Shown: piece by piece, positions 41,501 to 52,581 of the stretch | Position numbering within the stretch: the stretch's first letter is position 1 | Layout: each line of letters begins with the position of its first letter | Assembly: GCF_964204645.1 (NCBI RefSeq) | Contig: NC_134035.1 | Coordinates: forward strand, 8,092,451 to 8,156,450 | Length of the DNA stretch: 64,000 bases | Direction of reading: 5' to 3' | From: Tubulanus polymorphus | Lineage: Eukaryota; Animalia; Nemertea | The notes under the pieces: model-generated | Told to the model about the DNA's origin: nothing | The model's input: only the letters and a program-made list of their open reading frames with translations | Databases searched by the model: none | Position numbers and translations under genes: made by a program

Positions 41501-44500
41501 CACGGTATCCGTGTATACTGGTGATGTGAAACGAGGTGGAACAGATGCGAATGTTTTCATGATTATGTATGGAGATAAAGGTGATTCCGGTGAACGAAAA
41601 CTACTCAAATCGGAAACTCATCGAGATAAATTTGAAAGAGCTCAGGTGAGAATAGAAGCAATTCAGTCAGTTTTCATTCCTGTTACCATGTATCGTGTTC
41701 TTAATTTCTTATCATTTATTTGGTGTGTCCCGTCAAACCCACCACACTTGCCGGGAACGTCAATCAGGGCTAAGATAAAATGTACTGAAATCAGTAGAAT
41801 CTATTTGAGAAATCCAGTTCCGGATCTAGTATACAATCCTTATCAGTTTGTCCATTCATTTCTCGAAGAGTTGAAATTTACTTTTCTGAGAATATTTCAA
41901 ATTTTCAAAAATATTTTTGAGATTGTTCAAGAGCAGAATCTAGATCCAGGATTTCTTATTTCTTCGGACCCTTTGCTCCTCTGAAAATCTTCTGGTGAAA
42001 AAACACATTTTCCCTGACTTATACGAAAAAATGTATAATGATCAATGTACCTTTTCATAATTCAGATGGACAGATTTGCCGTTGAAGCAGTCGATCTCGG
42101 CAAGTTGTACAAGATTAAAATACGACACGACAATTCAATGCCATCACCGGCTTGGTTCCTCGATCGCGTCGAAATACTCGACCCGAGCGATCAGGAGAAT
42201 CATATATTCCACTGCGAGCGATGGCTAGCGAAAAATATCGACGACGGGAAACTTGAACGCACTCTTTACGTGAAGGTACGGTCACTTAATTAGAATATGC
42301 CGTTATTATACCTTACACTGCTGATGAAAATTTGGAAATGTTTGGAAAATTCCACTGCCGCGGTGTATAATGGGCTATACCTGCCTCTACACCACAACGC
42401 GATGTAGGCTATGTTAGCCATACAGCTTTATTTACCCTGCAATGCGTATTACGGATGTATCGCTGTATTGCATCTACCCTGCACTCTTGTGCATTGTTAG
42501 CTGCTAATAATTCACAATGTTTTACATGCGCTGCTATCTCTCAATAGAGATTTGAACTAGTTACATATTAATACTTCGCACCACAGGGCAACACAATATG
42601 AAGAGGGTCAGTTGCACACCGCATAACAGGGTATATGCAGCGAAAGGATTTACTTCATGAGTTTTGATGCAGTTCACGCAATTTTCATTTACTGACTGGT
42701 ACAAAATCAAAATTTGAATTGTTATTGTTTCAGGGCTATGACGGTGAAATGTCAAGTACGAGCACAATCAGATCGTCGAGAATTGGCTCAATGTCGAGTA
42801 TGGACTCGATGCGAACTCATGAACCGTTTGCGAAAAGTCCACGCATGCGCCGACATTCGACGATCCAGGAAGAACCAGAAGGGCCAAGTAAGTATCGGAG
42901 CTTAGAACAAAACAACTTAGCAAGAATGCTTTAAAAGTTGCCATTTTGTGACAAGTGAGACCTAGGCCCGAGTATTTTCGAAATAACTTTCCCCTGAAAT
43001 GAACACTGAAATTCTTACTGGAAGGGTCTCATATCGCTGAAGAAATTCAAGCTTAAAAGGGTGCAGTTTTAATAGTTATTGATATTGAACATTTAAAGTA
43101 TGTTACAATACTTACTACCAGTGTGAACCAAGAACTTTAGCTGAACTGTTTGGTGAAACTGGACCCTGATGTATCGTCTTTCTCTCCCTGATAAACTGCT
43201 GTTAAAGAACAACAATCGTTCATTTGTAGCTGTACCTTACACTGTTCGTGTTACCACCGGTGATGGCCAAGATTGCGGCACCGATTCTCGCGCGTGGATC
43301 AAAATAATCGGTCCGAAGGGTAAACACAGCGGTAAATTGTCTCTGGATCTCGCTCAAAAACAACGTTTCGAACCCGGTTCGACGGATCTGTTCTCCATCG
43401 AGGCCACAGACGTGGATGAAGTCAAGAAAATTCAGGTAAAATCGATAACCCAGAAGGTTCCAAGATTATTGAAATAATTTATCCGTTAAGAATGGGCTTG
43501 GCTCAAAGTCAAACAACTATAGTACATGCGCGCTTCATCAGGATACAGCCTATGATAGAACAGTACGCAGGCAACATAGTATTATACAATACAATACAAT
43601 GAATTTTATTCACATAGAAACAATTACGTACAATACAGTATATATGTATATAAACATATATACAACACTACGAAGGCCCAGCATAGCGTAAGAGGCTGCA
43701 TGACGCTGGTACCTTACACCCTGTTATATGCTTTCCGTGAAATAAATTTGAACTTGAACTTGAACCCGAGGGAAATATGAAAAAAGAAACTTCAAAGGCT
43801 GTCCCATCATGAGGTTGAAACGAACTGAATTGAATGAAATAATCCAATATGGTTTGTCATGCTCGGGAAACCAAAGATTCAAACGATGTTAAGCAAAGTT
43901 AAGAATATTCAGTTAGCTCTGTTGTATTTCAGGTCGGACATGACGGTGAAAAACCCGGGTCGGGTTGGTTCGTTAAAGACATCGAGATTGACATGCCGAC
44001 TAAAGGCAAACATTATACGTTCAACTGTCGCACGTGGTTGGCGAAAGATAAGGGCGACGGTAAAACGGAAAAGATGTTCAGCGTTAACGACGGACAAAGC
44101 GTCGTCACTTCATATAAACCATGTAAGTTTATTTTCCGGCAGCAGTTATGATGATTATTTCCGTGGGATTTCCGATTGCAACTCAAATGAGGAACCTTGT
44201 CGTGTCATCAGCTCTCCCGTGCTTGAAGGCGCCTGTCAAAAATTACCTCTTATCTAAGATTTTAGCTGCCTCATAAATTATAGGGCAAATCGTGTCCCTC
44301 AGATTGATGTTTAGGCTGTATATATAGCGAAATTTTTATTCAGCATAAAATATGAGAAAGATCGATTTTCATTGAAACTGAGAAGAAATCCGGCATCGTT
44401 GTCCTAAACCTGGTGGATACAAGCCGAATCCACAGTATTTCACAGAGAATTGCGTTTTCAATTTCCTATTTTCCGATCTTATGTAAATTGCAAAGATTAC

Positions 44501-47500
44501 TATGTAGATATTGCGCTATAGCAAGAAAATAAATTAATATTATTATCATTATTATTATTATGTTTGCCAAAGTCGAACATAGAGTCCTGGATCCAGTTCC
44601 ACAGTTGTGAGTTAGATTTTACTCTGAGTTAAAGTTATTTCATTTTCAATGTTTTAACTCAGAGTCAAATCTTAACTTACAACTGTGGAACCGGGCCCTG
44701 GGGACAGTTGCTCAAAGGTTGGTTAAAGATAACCGGCGGATGAATACTGTAGTATCAATGAACTTTTAAATGTCACCATGTCAACTATCCACTGGTTAAC
44801 TCGAACCAACTTTGAGACTCCTGATTAGGATAAGATTTATCGATGATATTTTTTTTAGTGGTGCCTTACGAGTGCACAGTATTCACCGGCGATGTAGCGA
44901 AGGCAGGAACAGACGGCGAAATTTTCATAAAAGTTTTCGGCGAAAACGGTTCAACGGACGATACAAAACTGGATAAATCCGGTGACAGATTCGAACGCGC
45001 TAAAGTCGATCATTTGAAGGTGAGACAAATGAATAATTCAGATTTCTTGAGTTATAACTAGAATCCATGAAACAAGGAAACAATAGATAGTTGAATATGA
45101 CAATTAGAGCTAAAAAGTTCCACTGACCGTAGATATTTAGCATTAGGTGATGTGTGAATGTGGCCAACGTCTATAGTGGAGCTGACTTACAAATATTCAA
45201 ATTTCAAATACAAAATTTTCTTTGGGTAATAGCTAAAAATCTTTTTACTTCTGTTCAGTTGGAATTAGAAGATGTCGGTGCTCTGAAGAAGCTGAGAGTG
45301 TGGCTGAATGAAAAGGGAAGCAGAAATGATTGGAATTTGGAAAAGGTAACTATTGTCAAAACTTGAAACACAGGATCCAGTTCTTCATTTGTGAGCTAAT
45401 ATCAATTAACTCATTGTAAATGAACTGATCTAACTTACAGCTGTGGAACTGGACCCTGGTCTAGGTACACTGCAAAAAGCCTATACATATTCATCCTCGC
45501 TTGCCAGGGGTTCGGTATCGCTCCCGAACTTGCTTCCACCAGCCCCCTGGTTTATGTATGTCGATTGGCTCGTATTCATATCAGTGCTGTTTATTTTCAC
45601 CTTTTGTAGATAATGTTGCGTAATATGAACACTGGAGATTTGACGACATTTGAATGTCATAATTGGTTGAGTAAAAATCTCGGTGATGGAAAACTGTCTC
45701 GTGATCTGCCGGCTATGGTCAGAGGAAAATCACAAGTTGCCAGTAGGTTTACGTAAACATTTCGAATAAAATATCAGCGTAACATTTCTTACTGATACAC
45801 GAAACAGTAGATGTTTTGAAATGTGGCTGCCTCCATGAATCAGCCTATGACATCATCAGATTGCTTCAGTAACAATTAGCTCAAATGCCAGGGGTCATGA
45901 AAGAAGCGTTCACGTTCGCGACCCTGTTTAAACTAATTCTTTCACCACCACGCATAGATGTTTAAGTGGGGCCTGTCGCCGAACAGCAATCCATGTGACT
46001 GTGGCCAACCCCAGACAATGCAACACCTCCTCGAGTGTCCGCTCCTAGAAGAACCCTGCTCTAGACGAGACCTGGCAGCCTACAACACCACCGCCAAGCT
46101 GTGTGTCCAGCAATGGAAGGGCTCCATTTAGATTTGTACCTGGACACGATAAATAAATAAATAAGCTCAAATGGAAATCATTCTAATGTCCCTAAGGCCA
46201 TCTAGCAATGTGATAGGGATTTTAATGGAGGTAGCCATCTTTTCGTTAAGGTTCCTTATTTAAATCATACAAATGTATTGTAAATATACTTCTCGAGGTC
46301 TTGTTTGCCAACAATTGCTGGAGACATGCCATATATTGCAACAAAAGATAATCAGGAGATTCACAAACTTCAATGAAAATTTCTTGATTTGTGTTTGGTA
46401 TAGTCACATTGAAAAACCACATGGCTGCTAGAATATGCTCGAGAAAAGAATTCATTCCTCCTCAAACATTTTTACGATATTTCTCATTTCAGAAACTTCG
46501 TATCGAGTGAACGTGAAGACGAGCGATGTATCGGGTGCCGGAACCGACGCGAACGTGTTCGTCGTTATCTTCGGAGCGAACGGCGATTCCGGAGAACTTC
46601 ACTTGAAAACATCGGAAACGTTTAAAGATCCGTTCGAAAACAATCAGCTGGACGTGTTCACGTTTAAAGATGTGCTGTCACTCGGGGAACTGGCTAAACT
46701 CAGAGTCTGGCACGATAACAAAGGTAACAGATATTATATTATATGTACATTGACAAATTAATGTTGCCTATTAACGCGCATCCTCCTTTTAAACCTCTTT
46801 CTTATGATATTTGAATGCTGTAACTGTGAATCAGGCATCTTTCCCTGGAGAGAAGTGACATTGGTATTATTACCTAAGCCTATATATCTGTTACTGTGTA
46901 TCAGTCATCTCTCCCTGGAGAGAAGTGGCATTTGTATTATTACCCCTAGTCTATATCTGTAACTGTGTATCAGTCATTTCTCCCTGGAGAGAAATGACAT
47001 TGGTATTATTACCCCTAGCCTATATCTGTAACTGTGTATCAGTCATTTCTCCCTGGAGAGAAATGACAATGGTATTATTCCCCCTAGCCTATATATCTGT
47101 TACTGTGTGACATTCATCTCTCCCTGGAGAGAAGTGACATTGGTATTATTACCTAAGCCTATATATCTGTTACTGTGTATCATTTATCTCTCCCTGGAGA
47201 GAAGTGACAGTATTATTACCCCTAGTCTATATCTGTAACTGTGTAGTATCAGTAATCTCTCCCTGAGGATAGAGATGTAGCGCTAGGGCTGTTACTGAGT
47301 GCGCTGGAATTTTCTCTGGGGGGAGAAAAGTCGATATGAGTAAGTGTCGTAGGACCCTGTGGTACTGTGTGGGCATCAACCATTGACCTAGCATCCTACA
47401 CCTATCACACTGCTTCGTATTACGCACACATTGTAGTATAGCTTTCTGATATTCTGCATAATCCGTTATCTTATATAATGATGATTGTTGATTTGTAAAT

Positions 47501-50500
47501 AGGATTTGGTGCTGCTTGGCATTTGAACTATATCGAAGTAGTCGATCTGCGTACGGATAAGAAATACATGTTCCCTTGCGACCGATGGCTGTCGAAGTCT
47601 GACGATGATAAACAAACCATCAGAGAATTGACGTGCGTTACGAAGCCGACTGATTCTCCGAAAAGAGCGAAAATGTGTAAGTAGTAGTTGTCAATGACGT
47701 TCAGCGTCAACGATGATAGATACCATTGAAATTCAAAATTAGAGTTAAAACTCAAATACTGTAATTAGTACGTTACTTCATTAGAGAAACATATCTTTAT
47801 TCAGCATTTAGAAAAGTGCAGTATTTGTGACTGACATTCGTTCATACATACATTTGACCCGATCAAAAATGTCAGACCAAACCCATGCCAAATTTTAGTA
47901 TTGGTCAACATATTCCTTGTGAATGCAAACTGGTTCTGGAAGTGACTCTCTCCTCACTTGCCACGGCATCATTTCAATAGCATTGTGATTTTAACAAAAA
48001 GTTATGCTATGGTCTATTTTTGTAGCGTATGAAATTTCAATCAGTACTAGTGATAAACGAGATGCCGGTATGATCCACAATGCTTGGATTATACTCGTCG
48101 GCGAGAAATCCTCGTCGAAAGAGCTGATCTTCGAGAACAGCGCGAAAAATAAGATCTTGCGAAAGTAAGTACATGACGTAAATTAACCCTTTCAGTGCTG
48201 ACTAATTAATACCCTATAGTGCTGGAGATAATTTGAAAATTTTAAGAAATTCCACCCTAGTGTGTTGAATAACGGGAATAGCACTGTACTTGTCTACACC
48301 GCGGTGCGGTGTATTGTCAGTTACTAATATTTCACTATGTTTGACAGGTGCTGCCATTTTTCAAGAGAGATAATTACTAATTAATAATTACATCAATACA
48401 CTGCAGTGCGGTGTACTAGCAAAATCTATCACTGATTTATACACTGCATTGCGGTGTAGACGCACTGAAAGGGTTAATGTAAATTGAAAATAATGTAAAT
48501 TAATGTAAATTCTTCGAGAACTGAACGGTATAAATTGCTTGAGAAGAACAATTTCTAAACGATAGTAAACGAATTTTAACTCAGGGACAAAATCTGAGGG
48601 TCATCGATGTCCTCGTTGAAAAGACTGATAAATTGGATTTCAATCTTCATTTTTCAGAGGCCAAACCGATTCGATGAAATTTGTGACGAAAAATCTCGGA
48701 AAACTAGAAAAATGCATCGTCGGAGCGGTCGAGCGAGAGGATCGTCCGATTGGTGGACCGGGTGATCGCGACAGTCTGTGGCATTGTCACGAAATCATCG
48801 TTACCGATCTCAGTACCGGAGACAAGTGAGTTTTTCTTTTCCGAAAACTGCTATAGATTTTCGTATTTTTTCGCATTGAAAAACAGAGGGGACAGAAAAT
48901 AATATTTTTGTTATTTTCATTATTATCCTGGTTTGAACGAGTTACCGAATAGACCAGTACCACTATAGGCGGAGTCTACTGTATATTCTTTAAGAGGGTA
49001 ATGCTATATATTTATCAGTATTTAAACTATTTCTTCAGGTTTGTGTTTCCGTGTAAGAATTGGATTGGTATCGAATCAGAGATTAACAAGAAACAGGGTA
49101 TGACGTTAGAACTGAAGAAAGTCGAACAAAGTATCGTCTCGGCGACTAGACGTAAGTTATAACCGTTGATGAAACACTCTCTTCGTGTTGTAAACATAAT
49201 ATCAAATCCCACTCTAAGAATAAGATCATTCAGAATTCTTAACTTAAGCTAGTATTTTGGAAAGGGTTTAGTCGAAACCATGGAATGAATAGTTGCTCAA
49301 GGAAACATTTCAGAGTTGTTTTATTCTTACTGTGGGATTTTAAATCATTCTTTGAATTATTCAATACTGTCTCAGTAAGATCGCGATATCTGAGATGAGA
49401 CGATAAAGGTGAAAATCCACAATCGATGAAAGACTTAGAAGTTTATTTTAAATACTAGAAATATTTTGGCGTGGTAGAAGGGTTTTCTAGTATTTTAGAT
49501 AAACTATCACTAAAGACTATCATCAGACCGTTATCACATCAGACCTGATAATGGATATTCATGCATGTACATGTACGAATTTCGTTTTCAGAACTCGCTT
49601 CTGTCAAATACGAGGTGATCGTTCACACGGGAAATAAATTCGGCTGCGGAACGAACGCGAACGTATTCATCACGATCTACGGATCGAACGGAGACTCCGG
49701 TCGACGTCCGTTGACGCAGAAATTCCGCGATCTGTTCGAACGAAACCAGACCGATCGATTCCAACTAGAGATGCTAGATTTAGGTGAGCAGCTTAGTTGC
49801 GTACATGTATAGCGTTCAACCTGGCTTAGAACATTGAAGTCGGGACCGTAATTATAAATGAACTTCATCCAAATGAACTTCAGCGATGACGCCATATGAA
49901 TAAAAGAATGTTGCAAGGAAGTTCTAGGGGTTGATCTTGGGGTAGTTTTGGGGGCATGGACCCCTGCCTTCCCATTTTGTCAAGACAGAAATTGTCATAA
50001 CCTGTAAATAAGACATCCTCTTGAATATTGCATTATTTCAGCATCGATGCTTTACCTAATCTAATGCTAATGCCGTAATTCCCTTTTCTTTTGGTAACAT
50101 TTTCCATTTTTCCAAGTTCCACTCCTAAAATCAAGATTACAGTTAAACCTGCTTAATCAGGACGAGTTGACACCAATGAATTCCATCCCGTTATTGAGAA
50201 ATCCTAATTAAACATATTTTTGCATACATTGATGTAAATGAAATGGAGACGAGATCAAAATCTGGATTAAGCCAAAATCAATGTATATGTACTGGTATAA
50301 CACAAGTATATAACGATACGATATAGAATTTGTGTTTTGTTTCAGGTGACATTGTCAAGGCGAAAATCGAACACGATAACTCCGGTTTCAGTCCGGGCTG
50401 GTATCTAGATCACGTGGAAATCATCAATATGGGCACGAATAAAACGTGGACGCTGCCGTGCGAAAAATGGTTCGATAAGAAGCAAGGCGACGGTGAAATC

Positions 50501-50527
50501 TGTCGCGAGCTTTTCCCTCGAGATTGA
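17582..50527 (+). CDS. LOXHD1: Lipoxygenase homology domain-containing protein 1 (tandem PLAT/LH2 repeats), about 45 exons, 17 PLAT repeats
   Basis: Phase-consistent exons start at 17582, 17956, 18380, 19004, 19700, 20324, 20968, 22628, 23406, 23639, 24295, 25206, 25684, 26531, 27231, 27895, 28412, 28802, 31542, 31989, 32462, 33087, 34296, 34818, 35128, 35789, 36285, 36676, 37344, 40233, 41491, 42066, 42734, 43230, 43933, 44859, 45259, 45610, 46493, 47503, 48026, 48658, 49039, 49592, 50346; stop TGA ends at 50527. Repeated PLAT signature [14 protein letters not shown]...G..GD.G...FERG..D.F...IGHD..G...GW.L...F.C.RWL...EDDG...REL. The first three exons are less certain. Confidence 0.95.
18562..18851. 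mobile_element. CAGGGTGGCCAC-type MITE with TCAGGGAA subrepeats
   Basis: Termini CAGGGTGGCCAC / GTGGCTTCCCTG; related pieces at about 22876-23134, 11358-11560 and 54105-54245. Confidence 0.65.
24631..24903. mobile_element. piggyBac-type MITE (family A), copy 4
   Basis: TTAG CCCTTTCAGTG ... CACTGAAAGGG TTAA in a LOXHD1 intron. Confidence 0.88.
31404..31521. repeat. Degenerate 11-bp tandem repeat (ATGAAATGTT[G/A])n
   Basis: About 10 units directly upstream of the acceptor at 31541. Confidence 0.85.
32800..33011. repeat. Dispersed repeat, inverted copy at about 63642-63846
   Basis: GATAGCACTTTTCAGA..GGCAGCCCTGCA and about 200 bp upstream align with the reverse complement of 63642-63846. Confidence 0.7.
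33408..33702. mobile_element. piggyBac-type MITE (family A), copy 5
   Basis: TTAA CCCTTTCAGTG ... CACTTAAAGGG TTAA. Confidence 0.9.
40520..40693. mobile_element. Tc1/mariner-type MITE (family C)
   Basis: TA-CAGTGGAATCTCGTTA...TAACGAGGTCCCGCTG-TA; homologous to 50572-50735 and 52135-52307. Confidence 0.8.
40955..41342. repeat. Tandem array of about 146-bp units (about 2.7 copies), likely inside a Helentron/DINE-like element
   Basis: TTTTAAACTT(G/A)GTATGTGTAATGGGGTAG recurs at about 40987, 41132 and 41278. Confidence 0.8.
44586..44700. repeat. Short palindromic MITE (family B, about 110 bp)
   Basis: GGATCCAGTTCCACAGTTGTGAGTT...AACTTACAACTGTGGAACCGGGCC; related copies at about 972-1085, 3525-3600, 29230-29328, 38208-38603 and 45371-45458. 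Confidence 0.7.
45888..46163 (+). mobile_element. Short non-autonomous non-LTR retroelement (Ingi/Vingi-like), internally deleted
   Basis: 10-bp direct repeat AGCTCAAATG at 45878-45887 and 46164-46173; 3' (TAAA)n tail; ORF 45958-46131 [28 protein letters not shown]... resembles the C-terminal zinc knuckle of Ingi/Vingi-type ORFs; ribozyme-like 5' end. Confidence 0.85.
45891..45944 (+). ncRNA. Minimal HDV-like (double-pseudoknot) self-cleaving ribozyme
   Basis: P1 GGGGUC(45891-45896)/GACCCU(45920-45925) with a G1-U wobble; P2 UGAAAGAA(45898-45905)/UUCUUUCA(45937-45944); P3 GCG/CGC closing L3 UUCACGUU; single G at 45926 for P1.1; vestigial P4 UUUAAA; J4/2 CUAA with the predicted catalytic C at 45933. 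Confidence 0.85.
46818..47265. repeat. Minisatellite, about 69-70 bp x about 6.5
   Basis: CTGT(A/T)ACTGTG starts units at 46818, 46888, 46957, 47026, 47097, 47167 and 47233. Confidence 0.92.
48183..48477. mobile_element. piggyBac-type MITE (family A), copy 6
   Basis: TTAA CCCTTTCAGTG ... CACTGAAAGGG TTAA, inserted about 20 nt after a LOXHD1 donor site. Confidence 0.9.
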
Positions 50528-50571
50528 AAAAAATGAAATACTCTATTCTAGTGATATATAATATATACATA

Positions 50572-50735
50572 CAGCGGAACCTCGTTATAACGAACTCTGA
50601 TACAACGATTCCCTTGTAAAATTGTGCCCTGAGTAAGAGAATTCAATTATTTTCATACTGGGTATAACAAACTTTCGGTTAAATAACGAACAGATTTTCT
50701 GGTCCCGTGTAGTTCGTTGTAACGAAGTTTCGCTG
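50572..50735. mobile_element. Tc1/mariner-type MITE (family C), 45 nt after the LOXHD1 stop
   Basis: TA-CAGCGGAACCTCGTTATAACGAAC...GTTCGTTGTAACGAAGTTTCGCTG-TA. Confidence 0.82.
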
Positions 50736-52134
50736 TACGTCTAAATACTGGCAGCTGAGCTGATTGTAGAATATACTTGTAGTCCTATTGTTTCGTAGTT
50801 ACGCTTTACATATCATTCACGCAAAAACCATTTCATTTGTATGTACAATTTTACACCGATTCGTCTTGTGATAAATGCACAAACTTGCCTTTAAGACAGT
50901 CCCGACCTGCTCAAATAATCTGCCTTCATTCAGAGTTTAGAGGCGTTGATTAAAGCCTCGTGCTCTAAGGCGGGTTTTGATCGAACGTTTTCCGGCATAA
51001 GGATAGCAATTCCGGATTACAAACACTCTACCGGTTTACGGACTTATGCTATTTCGGAATAGGTAGAGTGTATTCTAGTCGAAATCGAATGCGCCAGATG
51101 AGTATTCCGCAGTCAGTAGAGACTGATCAAACCCTGCCTCAATAGATGCTTAAGATACAAAAAATATAAGTTTTGATATGATAGGAATCGTTGAGATAAA
51201 CTTGATGGATAAAATCAAAACAGTGATCTATGTTTGTTAAGAATTTAAAGATTTTAATACAGTGTTTTTGTTAAGTGACTTTAATCATGTATCCGTCCAT
51301 GTTGTAAAAGAGTATAGTTTTAAATATCTATATCACTATTCTAGACTCAGAAATCTTAAGTTATGTACTTTGCAAATAGAAATATTAAGCTTCCTGTTTT
51401 TATCACTGTTATTCTACATTGTTCATTTTACATCACTTACAATTTTAGATTTATCGCTTTATTTTATACCAAAATTCATCAAAACCAGTGTTTACATATA
51501 CATTTTCATGGAAGTGAATGCGAGTTATAATGTTTAGGTATTGTCTGTGTTAATGCTAGGCCTTATTGTCACACTGTTTCAACAGAAGGGATGATAATAT
51601 GGTTGCCAGGACAAAAACTGGCTGAATTCAACAATTGAACTTTTTGTCTATCTAAACCTGGGTCAAAAGCCTTCTTCCACTTGTTTGCAGGTCTTATGTA
51701 TAGAAATAAATGGTCTGTGTATTTTTGAACATTGTATACTTGTTTTGTTATTGTATATTTTAAAATGAAAAAATAAATATAATCATTCTCACAATAACGA
51801 TGATTTGATAAGCGATTCTGTGTTTTTGGAAATTATGTCTCACCTCCACATGCTTCAGGCTAGTTTTTCTTTTCACTTCATTTAATGTAGTCAATGCACA
51901 CCTTGCCTAGATTATATCTGTTATCATTCAGTAACAGAATTTTTTCCACTGATTCTACAGTTGGTTTCTTGTTTATTGTCACAATCACACCGAATTGTCG
52001 AGTATCAGATCCGAATCAAATTCAGTACGTGCGTCTAATCAGAGCATGCGCTCACACGTAAACCACTCACTCAATACTAAACAAGCATAGGGAGTACTGT
52101 ACCCCCCTATATATCCAGGGAATTGACTATGGTA

Positions 52135-52307
52135 CAGCGGAACCTCGTTATAACGAACTTGGATACAACGATTCATCGGATATAACAAAATATAGAATTA
52201 CCTCGCAATTTAACTACCCGGTAATTTCATATTGGATAAAACGAACTATCGGTTATAAGGAACATATTTTCTGGTCCCATGAAGTTCGCTGTAACGAAGT
52301 TCCACTG
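52135..52307. mobile_element. Tc1/mariner-type MITE (family C)
   Basis: TA-CAGCGGAACCTCGTTATAACGAAC...GTAACGAAGTTCCACTG-TA. Confidence 0.82.
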
Positions 52308-52581
52308 TAATAACATCTGATGCATCAAATAAATGTCGAAGACAAAAAATTCATATTTTCATATCTTTATTATTGATATGAATATGAAATCAAAGCATTT
52401 ACAGTTAACATAACAATGAATTAACAGTAAAACAACAATGCTTCACGGCACGAGATAAAAATTGCAATTCGGCCCGTTGTGTTTAATGAGTGTCCCGATT
52501 AATAAGCATTCACGATACATCGGCTTCTAGTAACTATAGACAAACCGATTATTCTGACAGGTTTTATAATAGTCTATCAGA

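Noticed and set aside
46818-47265. CRISPR-like appearance of regularly spaced palindromic repeats
   Set aside because: The entire unit is repeated, there are no unique spacers or cas genes, and the context is eukaryotic.
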